Part shown: positions 8,619 to 18,028 of the stretch, piece by piece
Numbering within the stretch: position 1 is the first letter of the stretch
Layout: each line of letters opens with the position of its first letter
Assembly: GCA_963725865.1 (NCBI GenBank)
Contig: CAVSAC010000014.1
Span: forward strand, 832,001-896,000
DNA: 64,000 nt
Source of the DNA: Candidatus Eiseniibacteriota bacterium
Lineage (GTDB): Bacteria > Eisenbacteria > RBG-16-71-46
Direction of reading: 5' to 3'
Made by a program: the position numbers and the translations under genes
Notes under the pieces: model-generated
Told to the model about the DNA's origin: nothing
Database searches by the model: none
Seen by the model: only the letters and a program-made list of their open reading frames with translations

Positions 8619-10367
8619 ATGGAAACCGGCACCCGGACCCGCCCCGCCGAGGCCGCTCGCCCCACGACGACGACCGATTCGATCGTGATCGCCGTGGTGG
8701 GCAGCGGCGGCGACGGCGTGGCCCTGCTCGGCGACCTGATCCTGAAGATGGCCGCGCAGCAGGGTCTGTATGGAGTGATGGTGCAGTCGTACGGACCCCA
8801 GATCCGTGGCGGCGAGTCGGCGGTGGCACTGCGGCTCGCGTGCGAAGAGGTCCAGTACGAAGGAGACCACGCCGACCTGCTGCTGTGCTTCCGACTCAAC
8901 GACCTCAAGCGCTTCCGCGGCTCGGTGCGACTTCACGACCAGAGCCTCCTGTTCCTCGAGCAGGCCGACCAGGGCGAGCTGCCCGAGTGGCTCGGTCCCA
9001 CCGGCCGAGCGCCGGTGCGCCACCCGTTCGCCACGTTCCAGGACGGCATGGAGGTCGCGGGCCCGCCGAAGAACATGCAGGGCCTGGGCCTCATCGCGCG
9101 CGCCCTCGGCTGGCCGCTCGAGCTGGTGAAGCAGGTGCTGGAGCAGCGCTTCGGCAAGCGCCCCGAGGCGCTCGCCCGCAACATCGAAGCGGTCGAGCAG
9201 GGCTACGCCCGCACCGGCCTGCCGGTCCTGCCGCAGCTGCGGGGCCACGGAGTGGCGCTGCCCGTGGAAGCCGGCAACGAGGCCACGGCGCGCGGCGCGA
9301 TGGCGGCCGGGCTGCGGTTCTTCGCCGGCTATCCGATCACGCCGTCCTCCGAGGTGATGGAAACGCTCATCGACGAGCTGCCGGCGCTCGGCGGCACCGT
9401 GGTGCAGGCCGAGGACGAGATCGCCGCACTGGGGATGGTGCTCGGCGCCTCGTTCGGCGGCACGCCGTCGATGACCGCCACGAGCGGCCCGGGCCTCTCG
9501 CTGATGACCGAGATGATGGGCCTCTCCTCGATGGTCGAGATCCCGGCGGTGATCGTGGACTGCCAGCGCGTCGGCCCCGCCACGGGCATGCCGTCGCGCA
9601 CCGAACAGGCCGATCTCAATCACGCGATCTACGCCGGACACGGTGATTTCCCGCGCGTGGTGCTGGGCGTGTACGACGTCGTGCACGCGTACGATGTGAT
9701 GTTCCGGGCGTTCCACCTCGCCGAGAAGTGGGCGCTCCCGGTGCTGGTGCTCTCGGATGCCTACGTGGCCCAGCGGCGCCAGATCCGCGATCCGATCCCG
9801 CCTCCGCCCGAGGCGCCGAAGCGTCCAGCGTGGACCGCCGAGTACGGGCCGGCGCGCTTCAAGCTCAATGACGTCGTGTCGCCATTCCGCCGTCCCGGTA
9901 CCCCCGGCGGGCAGTACCTGGCGGCCGGCATCGAGCACACCGTCGCAGGCGCACCGTCGGCCGATGGTGGCGTGCACGAGGAGATGCAGGCCAAGCGGTT
10001 CCGGAAGATCCCGGCGATCGCTCAGGAGACGCGCGACTGGTACCGCACGTTCGGCGATCCGGTCGCCACCCGCGGCCTCTTGGCGTGGGGCAGCATGTAT
10101 GGTCTGCTGCGCGAGTACGTGAAGCATCATCCCGAGTACCGCGTGTTCATGCCCGAGATCCTGCATCCGTTCCCGCTCGAGGGGCTGACCGCGTGGCGCA
10201 GCGGCCTCACGGACCTGGCGGTCGTCGAGCTGTCGTTCGGCGCCCAGTTCCATCGCTACCTGTGTGGCATCACCCACATGACCGGGGTGCGGAGTCTCGC
10301 GCGCAGCGGCGGCCTGCCGATGTCCGAGCTCGAACTCACCCGCATGCTCAGCGAGGCGACCCGATGA
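8619..10367 (+). CDS. korA: 2-oxoacid:ferredoxin oxidoreductase alpha subunit (gamma-alpha fusion, KorA-like)
   Basis: GSGGDG, SYGPQIRGGES, GNEA, AGYPITPSSE, QAEDEIAA, TATSGPG, QRVGPATGMP. Confidence 0.92.
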   Translation: METGTRTRPAEAARPTTTTDSIVIAVVGSGGDGVALLGDLILKMAAQQGLYGVMVQSYGPQIRGGESAVALRLACEEVQYEGDHADLLLCFRLNDLKRFRGSVRLHDQSLLFLEQADQGELPEWLGPTGRAPVRHPFATFQDGMEVAGPPKNMQGLGLIARALGWPLELVKQVLEQRFGKRPEALARNIEAVEQGYARTGLPVLPQLRGHGVALPVEAGNEATARGAMAAGLRFFAGYPITPSSEVMETLIDELPALGGTVVQAEDEIAALGMVLGASFGGTPSMTATSGPGLSLMTEMMGLSSMVEIPAVIVDCQRVGPATGMPSRTEQADLNHAIYAGHGDFPRVVLGVYDVVHAYDVMFRAFHLAEKWALPVLVLSDAYVAQRRQIRDPIPPPPEAPKRPAWTAEYGPARFKLNDVVSPFRRPGTPGGQYLAAGIEHTVAGAPSADGGVHEEMQAKRFRKIPAIAQETRDWYRTFGDPVATRGLLAWGSMYGLLREYVKHHPEYRVFMPEILHPFPLEGLTAWRSGLTDLAVVELSFGAQFHRYLCGITHMTGVRSLARSGGLPMSELELTRMLSEATR

Positions 10368-11212
10368 AGGCCAAGGACTACCGTTCCGAACTCGAGCCGG
10401 TGTGGTGCAGCGGCTGCGGCGACTACGGCGTGCTCAAAGGCCTCACCCAGGCACTCGCGGATCTCGAGGTGGTGCCCGAGAAGCTGGCGGTGGTGTCGGG
10501 CATCGGTTGCTCGAGCCGGCTCGCCGGCTACATGAACGCGTACTCGTTCAACTCGGTGCACGGGCGAGCGCTGCCGATCGCGACCGGGCTCAAGCTGTCG
10601 CGTCCCGAGCTCACCACCGTCGTGGTGGGGGGCGACGGCGATGGCTTCAGCATCGGACTCGGCCACATCCCGCACGCGGTGCGCCGCAACGTGGACTTCA
10701 CTTACGCGGTGATGGACAACGGCATCTACGGCCTCACGAAGGGCCAGGCGTCGCCCACCACCGAGATGGAGGCGAAGCGCAAGCGCGGGCTCGCCGGTCA
10801 GAACGAGCGCCCGCTGAACCCTGTGCTGCTGGTGCTCAGCTCCGGGGCCGGCTTCGTCGCGCGGGGGCACGCCGGCAACCTCCCGCACCTGCGCACGCTG
10901 TTCCGGGAAGCCATCCGCTACCCCGGATTCGCGTTCATCCACATCCTCGCCGGCTGCGTGACGTACCAGCCCTCGGGCTACGCCGAGGAGCTCTACCAGC
11001 GCAGCTTCTTCCTGCCCGACGACTACGACCCGTCCGACTTCAACCGCGCGAGCGACCTCGCGCGGGGCGAGCGGTTCGCGCTGGGCATCCTCTACCGTCG
11101 CGACCCCGATCGGCCCCCCCTGGTGTTGCGCACCGAGGATCAGGCCGAGGTCGGCGTGTGGCCCCCGTCGGATCGGGCGGCGGAGCCCACCTTCCCGGGC
11201 GAGCGTGCCTGA
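10364..11212 (+). CDS. korB: 2-oxoacid:ferredoxin oxidoreductase beta subunit (TPP-binding)
   Basis: WCSGCGDYG, SGIGCS, HGRALP, GDGD...DNGIYGLTKGQ. ATGA overlap with korA. Confidence 0.93.
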   Translation: MKAKDYRSELEPVWCSGCGDYGVLKGLTQALADLEVVPEKLAVVSGIGCSSRLAGYMNAYSFNSVHGRALPIATGLKLSRPELTTVVVGGDGDGFSIGLGHIPHAVRRNVDFTYAVMDNGIYGLTKGQASPTTEMEAKRKRGLAGQNERPLNPVLLVLSSGAGFVARGHAGNLPHLRTLFREAIRYPGFAFIHILAGCVTYQPSGYAEELYQRSFFLPDDYDPSDFNRASDLARGERFALGILYRRDPDRPPLVLRTEDQAEVGVWPPSDRAAEPTFPGERA

Positions 11213-13424
11213 CACGCCGCCGCGCGTGAGGCTCGGGATGCGGATGGGTTCGGGGGGGCGGACGAGACTCGCGGGCCTCGCGCGCAGCGTCGCGACACGG
11301 TGGCCGAGCGGTCGTCGCGCGCGGCGCGTGACCGGGCTGGCGCTGGCGTCCCTCGCGCTGGCGGTGGCCGCGCACGCGGCGCCGACCAGCGACGACTGCC
11401 TGATGTGTCACGGCGATCGAACGCTCAAGCGTTCGGCGCCGCGGCCGCCGACCTCCGTGTTCGTGGACGCCGCGGCGGTCTCACGCTCGGTGCACCGGGG
11501 CCTCGCGTGCGTCACGTGTCACACCAGCGTGCGCCAGGTGCCGCACCCCGAGGTGCTGCCGAAGCCGCGCTGCGAGACCTGCCATGCGGACCAGGCGGCG
11601 GGACTCGCGAGCGGCGCGCACGCGCAGGTCGTCGGCCGGAGCGGCAAGGCCGGCTGCGAGGGGTGCCACGGCGTGCACGACGTCGCGCCGGCGTCCCGCA
11701 CCGGCGTGCAGTACTGCGGCAGCTGCCACGGCGACATCGTCGAGCGCTATCGCCAGAGCGTCCACGGGCGCGCACTCGCGCGCGGGGACACCGACGCGTC
11801 GACGTGCCAGGACTGCCACGGCGGCGTGCACACGGTGAAGCTGCACACCGACCCCGCGTCGCCGGTTCACCGCACGCACCTGGCCGCGACGTGCGCGAAG
11901 TGCCACGCCGATCGCGCGCTGATGATCAAGCGACGGATCAACATCCCGGAGGCGGTGGCGCTCTACCGCGAGAGCGTGCACGGGCGCTCCAAGAACCCGA
12001 ACGCGGCGACCTGCAACGACTGCCACGAGAGCCACGACCTCAAGCCGGCGGCCGACCCGACCTCCTCGGTCTATCGCCGAAACATCCCGAAGACCTGCGG
12101 CCGGTGCCATGCCCGGGAGGCGCAGGCCTACGCCATCGGCGTCCACGGCCAGGCGCTCGCGCGCGGCGTCACGCGTACGCCGGTCTGCACCGACTGCCAC
12201 GGCGAGCACAAGATCCGCGGCCCGCGCGAAGCGGCCTCGCCGGTCGCGGCGGGCGCCGTCACCGCCACCTGCGCGACGTGCCACGAGGCCACCGGGATCC
12301 GCGAGACCTTCGGTCTGCCGGCCGGGCGGCTCTCGAGCTACCAGGATTCCTTCCACGGCCTGGCGGCGCGCGGCGGCTCGCCGGCGGTGGCGAACTGCGC
12401 GTCGTGCCACGGCTTCCACGACATCCTGCCGTCCAGCGACCCGCGCTCGACGGTGAGTCCGCGGAACCTGTCGAAGACCTGCGGCCACTGCCACCCCGGC
12501 ACCGGCGAGGCGTTCGCGCGCGGCATGGTGCACTCCACGATGACGCGTGCCGACCAGCCGCTCCTGGCGTGGATCCGCGCCATCTACCTGTGGCTGATCG
12601 GCGGCACCATCGGGGGCATGGCGGTCCACCAGGGGCTCGACTTCGTCCGCAAGGCGCGCCGCCGTTATCACGACCACGTGCGATCGGAAGCCGCGGCCGA
12701 GGTCCCGACCGGGCGCTGGTTCGTGCGCATGACGCCCGTGGAGCGCATCCAGCACGTGCTGCTGTTCACCAGTTTCTTCACGCTCGTCTACACGGGCTTC
12801 GCGCTCAAGTTCCCGGAGAGCGGCTGGTTCGCCTGGATGGCGCGCATGGAGCACGGGTACGCGTTGCGCAGCATCGTCCATCGCATCGCAGCGGTCGTGC
12901 AGACCGTCGCGGCCGCGGTGCACATCGGCTATCTGTTCACCCGGCGCGGCCGCGGCACGCTGCGCGATCTGGTGCCCACGCTGCGCGATGCGCAGGAGGC
13001 GCTGGCGAACCTGCTCTACCTCGCGGGCCTGCGCCGCCACCCGCCGGCCTTCGCGCGCTTCAGCTACATCGAGAAGGCCGAGTACTGGGCGCTGGTATGG
13101 GGCACCGTGGTGATGACGCTCACGGGGCTCATCCTCTGGTTCGAGAACACCGCCGGCCGGATGTTCGGCAAGTGGGTCTTCGACGTCGCCACGCTGGTGC
13201 ACTACTACGAGGCGTGGCTGGCGTTCCTCGCCATCATGGTCTGGCACATCTACCAGAACGTGGTGAATCCCGACGTCTACCCGATGAACTGGACCTGGCT
13301 GACGGGCCGCATCAGCGAGGAGCACCTGCGCCACGAGCACGGCGGCGAGTGGGCGGAGATCGTGGCCAGCGAGCGCGCCGAGCGGGGCGACGACGATCGT
13401 CCCACCGAACCCCCCGCGCACTGA
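11205..13424 (+). CDS. Multiheme (13 CxxCH) cytochrome c fused to a C-terminal cytochrome b membrane domain (CbcL-like)
   Basis: Signal peptide ending AHA. 13 CxxCH motifs counted (CLMCH through CGHCH). The C-terminus has ERIQH, VHRIAA, FSYIEKAEYW, VHYYEA and WHIY, typical of FdnI/HydC-type b cytochromes. Exact start uncertain. Confidence 0.9.
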   Translation: MPDTPPRVRLGMRMGSGGRTRLAGLARSVATRWPSGRRARRVTGLALASLALAVAAHAAPTSDDCLMCHGDRTLKRSAPRPPTSVFVDAAAVSRSVHRGLACVTCHTSVRQVPHPEVLPKPRCETCHADQAAGLASGAHAQVVGRSGKAGCEGCHGVHDVAPASRTGVQYCGSCHGDIVERYRQSVHGRALARGDTDASTCQDCHGGVHTVKLHTDPASPVHRTHLAATCAKCHADRALMIKRRINIPEAVALYRESVHGRSKNPNAATCNDCHESHDLKPAADPTSSVYRRNIPKTCGRCHAREAQAYAIGVHGQALARGVTRTPVCTDCHGEHKIRGPREAASPVAAGAVTATCATCHEATGIRETFGLPAGRLSSYQDSFHGLAARGGSPAVANCASCHGFHDILPSSDPRSTVSPRNLSKTCGHCHPGTGEAFARGMVHSTMTRADQPLLAWIRAIYLWLIGGTIGGMAVHQGLDFVRKARRRYHDHVRSEAAAEVPTGRWFVRMTPVERIQHVLLFTSFFTLVYTGFALKFPESGWFAWMARMEHGYALRSIVHRIAAVVQTVAAAVHIGYLFTRRGRGTLRDLVPTLRDAQEALANLLYLAGLRRHPPAFARFSYIEKAEYWALVWGTVVMTLTGLILWFENTAGRMFGKWVFDVATLVHYYEAWLAFLAIMVWHIYQNVVNPDVYPMNWTWLTGRISEEHLRHEHGGEWAEIVASERAERGDDDRPTEPPAH

Positions 13425-13539
13425 CGCCGGCGCCCGGATCGCGGGGAACCCTTGGCGGGGGGCGCCGCGCTCGCTATCTTCGGCGCGTCCCTGCCCGCTC
13501 GCGCGTCGCCCCCGGCGCGCACGAAAGGAGAGTGTCGAC

Positions 13540-14301
13540 GTGATGAAGCCCGCGATCCGATGGACCTCCATCGCCATGCTCGCCATCGGCCTGCTCGCGT
13601 TCGCGGCCGCCGCGTTCAGCGCGGCCTCGAAGCCCACGGCGGACCAGGTGGCGCGCGGGGAGCGCGCGTACCTCGCCTACTGCGCCATGTGCCACGGCGA
13701 CAACGGCGCCGGGGATGGCCCCCTCGCGGCCGATCTCACCAAGGAGGCGGCGGCGGTCCCGCTGCGCCTCGACGACTCCGCACGGCTCCAGACGCTGGGG
13801 CCGGCGGGGCTGCGCCGCGTGATCACGCTGGGCGGCGCCCACACGCAGCGATCGAACATGATGCCGGCGTGGGGCGAGCGCCTGGGGCCGAAGGTCATCG
13901 ACGAGATCGCGACCTTCATCGAGACCCTGCCGAGTCGCAAGTCCCAGGGCATCCCGGCGGCCACCCTGCAGAAGTACATGAGCGCGCCCAAGGGCAGCAG
14001 CGAGGAGGGCCGCAAGCTGTTCGTGTACTACTGCACCGGCTGCCACGGCCCGTACGGCAAGGGCGACGGGTTCAACGCCGACACGCTGCGCGTGCGCCAC
14101 AAGGTCCGGCCTCGCGACCTGACGGACACCGTGTACCTGGAGCGCCGCAGCGACCAGGACCTGTACGCGGTCATCGCGCTCGGCGGAGGTCACATGGGCA
14201 AGTCGAACTTCATGCCCGCCTGGACCTACTCGCTGCAGCCCGCGCAGATCAAGAGCCTGATCTCCTACGTTCGCACGATCTCCCACACCGCGTCGCGCTG
14301 A
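13540..14301 (+). CDS. Periplasmic diheme cytochrome c
   Basis: Signal peptide, then two class I domains: CAMCH...MMPAW and CTGCH...FMPAW. Confidence 0.9.
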   Translation: MMKPAIRWTSIAMLAIGLLAFAAAAFSAASKPTADQVARGERAYLAYCAMCHGDNGAGDGPLAADLTKEAAAVPLRLDDSARLQTLGPAGLRRVITLGGAHTQRSNMMPAWGERLGPKVIDEIATFIETLPSRKSQGIPAATLQKYMSAPKGSSEEGRKLFVYYCTGCHGPYGKGDGFNADTLRVRHKVRPRDLTDTVYLERRSDQDLYAVIALGGGHMGKSNFMPAWTYSLQPAQIKSLISYVRTISHTASR

Positions 14302-14318
14302 GCCACGGCGGCAACGGA

Positions 14319-14350
14319 ACGGGCGCGGGTCCGCGTGGACCCGCGCCCGT
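14319..14350. terminator. Hairpin between convergent genes (probable terminator of the rnf/kor/cytochrome operon)
   Basis: Perfect 14-bp stem ACGGGCGCGGGTCC / GGACCCGCGCCCGT with a 4-nt loop. No U-tract. Confidence 0.6.
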
Positions 14351-14367
14351 CGCTCCTCCTGCGCCGG

Positions 14368-14760
14368 CTAGGTCTGGGCGACGCGCCCCGGCCCCTTCGC
14401 GCGGCGCGCCAGTGCGGCGTGCACCGCATCGCGCACTTCGTCGCCCTCGACCGGATGGACCGCGTAGTAGACCGGCCGCAGCTCCCGCACCTGCTTCTCG
14501 GTGTGGAGCGAGCCCTGCTCGGCGATGAGCACCACGGGCAGGTCCGGGACCAGGCGCCGCACCAGCTGGAGTACCGCCACGTCGGCGACCTCCTGCGGGC
14601 GCAGGGTGTAAATCAGGACGTCGGGGCGATGCTGGACGAGTGCCTCGAGGAGAAGATCCCGATTGTCGCAGTGGATCAGGCGCAGGCCCTCGGCGCGAAG
14701 CGCGGTGCAGACGGCTTCGCCGGGTCGATCGGGGCAGAGACAGAACACCACGGCCGGCAT
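14368..14760 (-). CDS. Stand-alone atypical (pseudo-)receiver domain protein
   Basis: CheY-like pattern (RPDVLIY, PDLPVVLIA, YYAVHPV). The phosphoacceptor Asp and the conserved Lys appear to be replaced. Confidence 0.7.
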   Translation of the reverse strand: MPAVVFCLCPDRPGEAVCTALRAEGLRLIHCDNRDLLLEALVQHRPDVLIYTLRPQEVADVAVLQLVRRLVPDLPVVLIAEQGSLHTEKQVRELRPVYYAVHPVEGDEVRDAVHAALARRAKGPGRVAQT

Positions 14761-15047
14761 CGTCGTCCTCACTCCCCAGCCGGGACGCGCAGATGACTGG
14801 CGTCCCCCCCGCGGCCTGCGGAGACAAATAAAGAGCGGGGCGCCACCTTCAGGACCCCCCACGGCGAGAAGAGCCTTGAACCCCTGGACCCTTCCGCCAA
14901 GTCACGAGTGGACACCCCGCCCCAGAACTCGCTCGCAACTTCGCCTGCCCCCTGCCAGGGGACGGGTTCCGCTGCGCTGATTTGTCGATCAACCTCTCCG
15001 TCCCTGTGAGGATCGCGAGAGGCGTCTCTGCGTACGTTCACACAATC

Positions 15048-15063
15048 AGCAACCTGCGTGCCC
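15048..15063 (-). promoter_or_regulatory. Sigma-54 -24/-12 promoter
   Basis: Minus strand GGGCACGCAGGTTGCT matches TGGCACG-N4-TTGC at all but the first base. Located next to an NtrC-family gene. Confidence 0.7.
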
Positions 15064-15279
15064 GCGTGAATGGTCTCGCAAGGACGCCACAACTCATTGC
15101 CGCACAACGGTGGGTCGGAGGCATGGCGCCGCTCGACGGCGCTCCACTGCCGCGCTCGACCTGACAGAACTGCGCCGAGGCTGCAAGCCTGACAGGTTCC
15201 GGGATGGAAGCGGCGTCGCTCGAGCGGCCCGGTCGCGCGGGCGCCGGGTGCGCGTGCGGAGTGGCGGGGCGTGCGGCGC

Positions 15280-16641
15280 TCAGGCCGACGGCAGGCCCTG
15301 CTCGAGCTCCTTCAGCTTGCGATAGAGATTGCGCTCGCTGATGCCCAGGATGGTGGCCGCCTTCTGGCGATGGCCGCTGCACTCGTCGAGCACGCGCTTG
15401 ATGTAGCGCCGCTCGACCTCCTCGAGCGTCGGCATCTGCTTGGAATCCCCGTTGTCCTCGAACGCGGGCTGGAGCCGCACGCCCATCGGAAGGTGCTCGG
15501 GCTCGATCGCGCCGCCATCGGTCAGAATGAGCGCCCGCTCGATCACGTTCTCCAGCTCGCGGACGTTCCCCGGCCACAGGTAGCGCTGGAGCACCTCGAT
15601 CGCCTCCTGGGAGGCCTTCACGGTGCGCTTGGGAACGATCGACGAGCCGCGGATGAAGTGATCCACCAGCAGCACGATGTCGCCCTTTCGCTCGCGCAGC
15701 GGCGGGATGTGCACGGAGAACACGTTGAGCCGGTAGTAGAGGTCCTCGCGGAAGGCGCCGTCCTTCATCATCTGCTCGAGCGAGCGATTGGTGGCGGCGA
15801 TCATGCGCACGTCCACCTTGATGTCCACCGTCCCGCCGACTCGCCGAAAGGTGCCGGTCTCCAGCACCCGCAGCAGCTTCACCTGCAGCTGCGGCGTGAG
15901 TTCCGCGATCTCGTCCAGGAAGATGGTGCCCCGGTCGGCGACCTCGAACAGCCCGTGCTTGAGGCGGATCGCTCCGGTGTAGGCGCCCTTCTCGTGCCCG
16001 AACAACTCGCTCTGGAGCAGGTTCTCGTGCAGCGAGGCGCAATCCACCACCACGAACGGCTGACGCGAGCGGCGGCTCTGCCGGTGCACGGCACGCGCCA
16101 CCAACTCCTTGCCCGAGCCGCTCTCACCCCGGATGAGCACGGTCGAGTCGGTGTCCGCGACTCGCGTGACCATCTGGAGCAGTTCGCGCACCCCGGCGGA
16201 CTCGCCCACGAACTTGTCGCTCGGCTGCAGCCGGTCGACCTCCCGCTGCAGCGCCACGTTGCCGCGCTCCAGGTTCTGCCGCTGGACCGCCTTCTCGAGC
16301 ACCGCCTCCAGCTCCGCGAGCTTGCAGGGCTTGGTGAGGAAGTCGTAGGCGCCCTCCTTCATCGCGCGGATCGCCTCCTGCACGGTCCCGTAGGCGGTCA
16401 GCATGATGACCTCGGTCGAGGGTGACGCCTCCTTGATCTCCTTCAACAGCTCGAGCCCGCTGCCGTCCGGCATCCGGACGTCGAGGATCACGACGTGGAA
16501 GGTGCGCTGGGTCAGCGCCCGCCGTGCCTCATCGAGGCCGCCGGCGGTGGTGACCGAGTACCCGACACGCTCGAGCTCCCGGGCGATCAGCTTCCGGAAC
16601 GACTCCTCGTCGTCGACGATCAGCAGGGACGTCTCACTCAC
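15280..16641 (-). CDS. Sigma-54-dependent response regulator (NtrC/AtoC/ZraR family)
   Basis: REC (IVDDE, LDVRMP), AAA+ (GESGSGKE, ELFGHEKGAYTGA, FLDEI, WPGNVREL) and a Fis-type HTH. Confidence 0.96.
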   Translation of the reverse strand: MSETSLLIVDDEESFRKLIARELERVGYSVTTAGGLDEARRALTQRTFHVVILDVRMPDGSGLELLKEIKEASPSTEVIMLTAYGTVQEAIRAMKEGAYDFLTKPCKLAELEAVLEKAVQRQNLERGNVALQREVDRLQPSDKFVGESAGVRELLQMVTRVADTDSTVLIRGESGSGKELVARAVHRQSRRSRQPFVVVDCASLHENLLQSELFGHEKGAYTGAIRLKHGLFEVADRGTIFLDEIAELTPQLQVKLLRVLETGTFRRVGGTVDIKVDVRMIAATNRSLEQMMKDGAFREDLYYRLNVFSVHIPPLRERKGDIVLLVDHFIRGSSIVPKRTVKASQEAIEVLQRYLWPGNVRELENVIERALILTDGGAIEPEHLPMGVRLQPAFEDNGDSKQMPTLEEVERRYIKRVLDECSGHRQKAATILGISERNLYRKLKELEQGLPSA

Positions 16642-17845
16642 CGCTACCTCCCGGACCCTGGACGGGAAGGCGCAGGTGGAAACGCGCCCCCTCGCCGGGA
16701 CGGCTCTCCACCCGTATGGAACCCCCGTGCCGACTGACGATTCGCTGCGTGATCGAAAGCCCGAGCCCGGTGCCGATGCCCACAGGCTTGGTCGTGAAGA
16801 ACGGATCCCAGATGCGGTCGAGGTGCTCGGGCGGGATGCCGGGACCGGTATCCTCGACTCGCATGGACACCCATCCGCTCTCGGCCCGCGTCACCACGGT
16901 GAGGATCCCGCCGTCCACCATGGCCTGGACACCGTTCATCATGAGGTTCATGCAGGCGCCGCGCATGGCGCCCTCGCGCGCCCAGATCGGCGGCAGCGCG
17001 GGATCCAGGTCCTCCACCACCTCCACCCCAGCCTGGCGGGTCTGGAACTTGAGCAGCGAGAGGGTGTCGCGCACCGCGCGATTCAGATCGACCCAGCTGG
17101 CGGCGACCGAGTACGGCTGCGCGAGCAACATCAGCTTATCGGTGGTCTCGCGACAGCGCCGCGCCTCGCGCTCCAGCACCTCGAGCACCTCGCTCGCCTC
17201 CTCCAGGCTCGGCGGGCCGAAATCGCTCCGCTGGAGCCAGCGTTGCAGGCTCTCGACGCCAGCCAGCACCGAGGCGAGCGGGTTGTTCACTTCGTGCGCC
17301 ACCCCGGCGGCGAGTTGGCCGAGCGAGGCGAGGCGTTCGCTGTGGGAGAGCTGGCTTTCGAGCTTGCTGCGCTCGGAGATGTCGCGCCATACCTGGACGA
17401 CATGGGTGACGCCGCCGGCGGCGTCGACGACCGGGTTGAACGTCGCCTCCCATCGCCGCAGCACGCCGCTCGGATCGGCGAGGCTGCGGATGCGCCGTTG
17501 CGGCTGGGCGTCCAGGAGCACCGCGGAGGCCGCACACTCCCCGCAGATCTCGCCGGAGCGGCTCTCGGGGCATTGCAGGGTCTCGCGACAGAGGCCGTGC
17601 AGGGCCCACCCGGACTTCACCCCGAACTCCTCGACGTAGCGCCGGTTCGCCGCGATCACCCGCTGCTCACGGTCGACCACCACCACCGCGTCCGTCAGGG
17701 CATCGACCAGGTGCGGGAGGATCTGGCGCACCTGCTCGAGGTCGAAGCGGGAGACGTCCAGCCCCGCCAGCGGCGCACTTGAATCAGGCGCGCCATGTGG
17801 AGCGCCGTCGGGGGCAGGCGGGACGGGTCGGATCTGCGGGGTCAT
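16634..17845 (-). CDS. Cytoplasmic PAS-domain sensor histidine kinase
   Basis: PAS domain, H-box AHEVNNPL, N-box NLMMNG, DTGPGI, PFFTTK, GTGLGL. No TM segment seen. Confidence 0.94.
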   Translation of the reverse strand: MTPQIRPVPPAPDGAPHGAPDSSAPLAGLDVSRFDLEQVRQILPHLVDALTDAVVVVDREQRVIAANRRYVEEFGVKSGWALHGLCRETLQCPESRSGEICGECAASAVLLDAQPQRRIRSLADPSGVLRRWEATFNPVVDAAGGVTHVVQVWRDISERSKLESQLSHSERLASLGQLAAGVAHEVNNPLASVLAGVESLQRWLQRSDFGPPSLEEASEVLEVLEREARRCRETTDKLMLLAQPYSVAASWVDLNRAVRDTLSLLKFQTRQAGVEVVEDLDPALPPIWAREGAMRGACMNLMMNGVQAMVDGGILTVVTRAESGWVSMRVEDTGPGIPPEHLDRIWDPFFTTKPVGIGTGLGLSITQRIVSRHGGSIRVESRPGEGARFHLRLPVQGPGGSGE

Positions 17846-18028
17846 GGGAGGTCCTCGAAAGCCCTGACAGATTGGCAGGGTTGGGACGCGGACGCAAGCG
17901 CGTTAGCGCAGCGACTTCCGCGAGGAGACCACGCGATGGCCTTCGATCCGCGCGCGCCGGGTTGCGCGCCGGAGGCACGACGGCGGCGCGGAGGGTCACC
18001 CCGAGCCGCCGCGTCGACCCACCGATCG

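Noticed and set aside
11390..12500. Recurring TGCCACG-type repeats suggestive of an array
   Set aside because: They are the codons of CxxCH heme motifs, with irregular spacing and no CRISPR-like structure.
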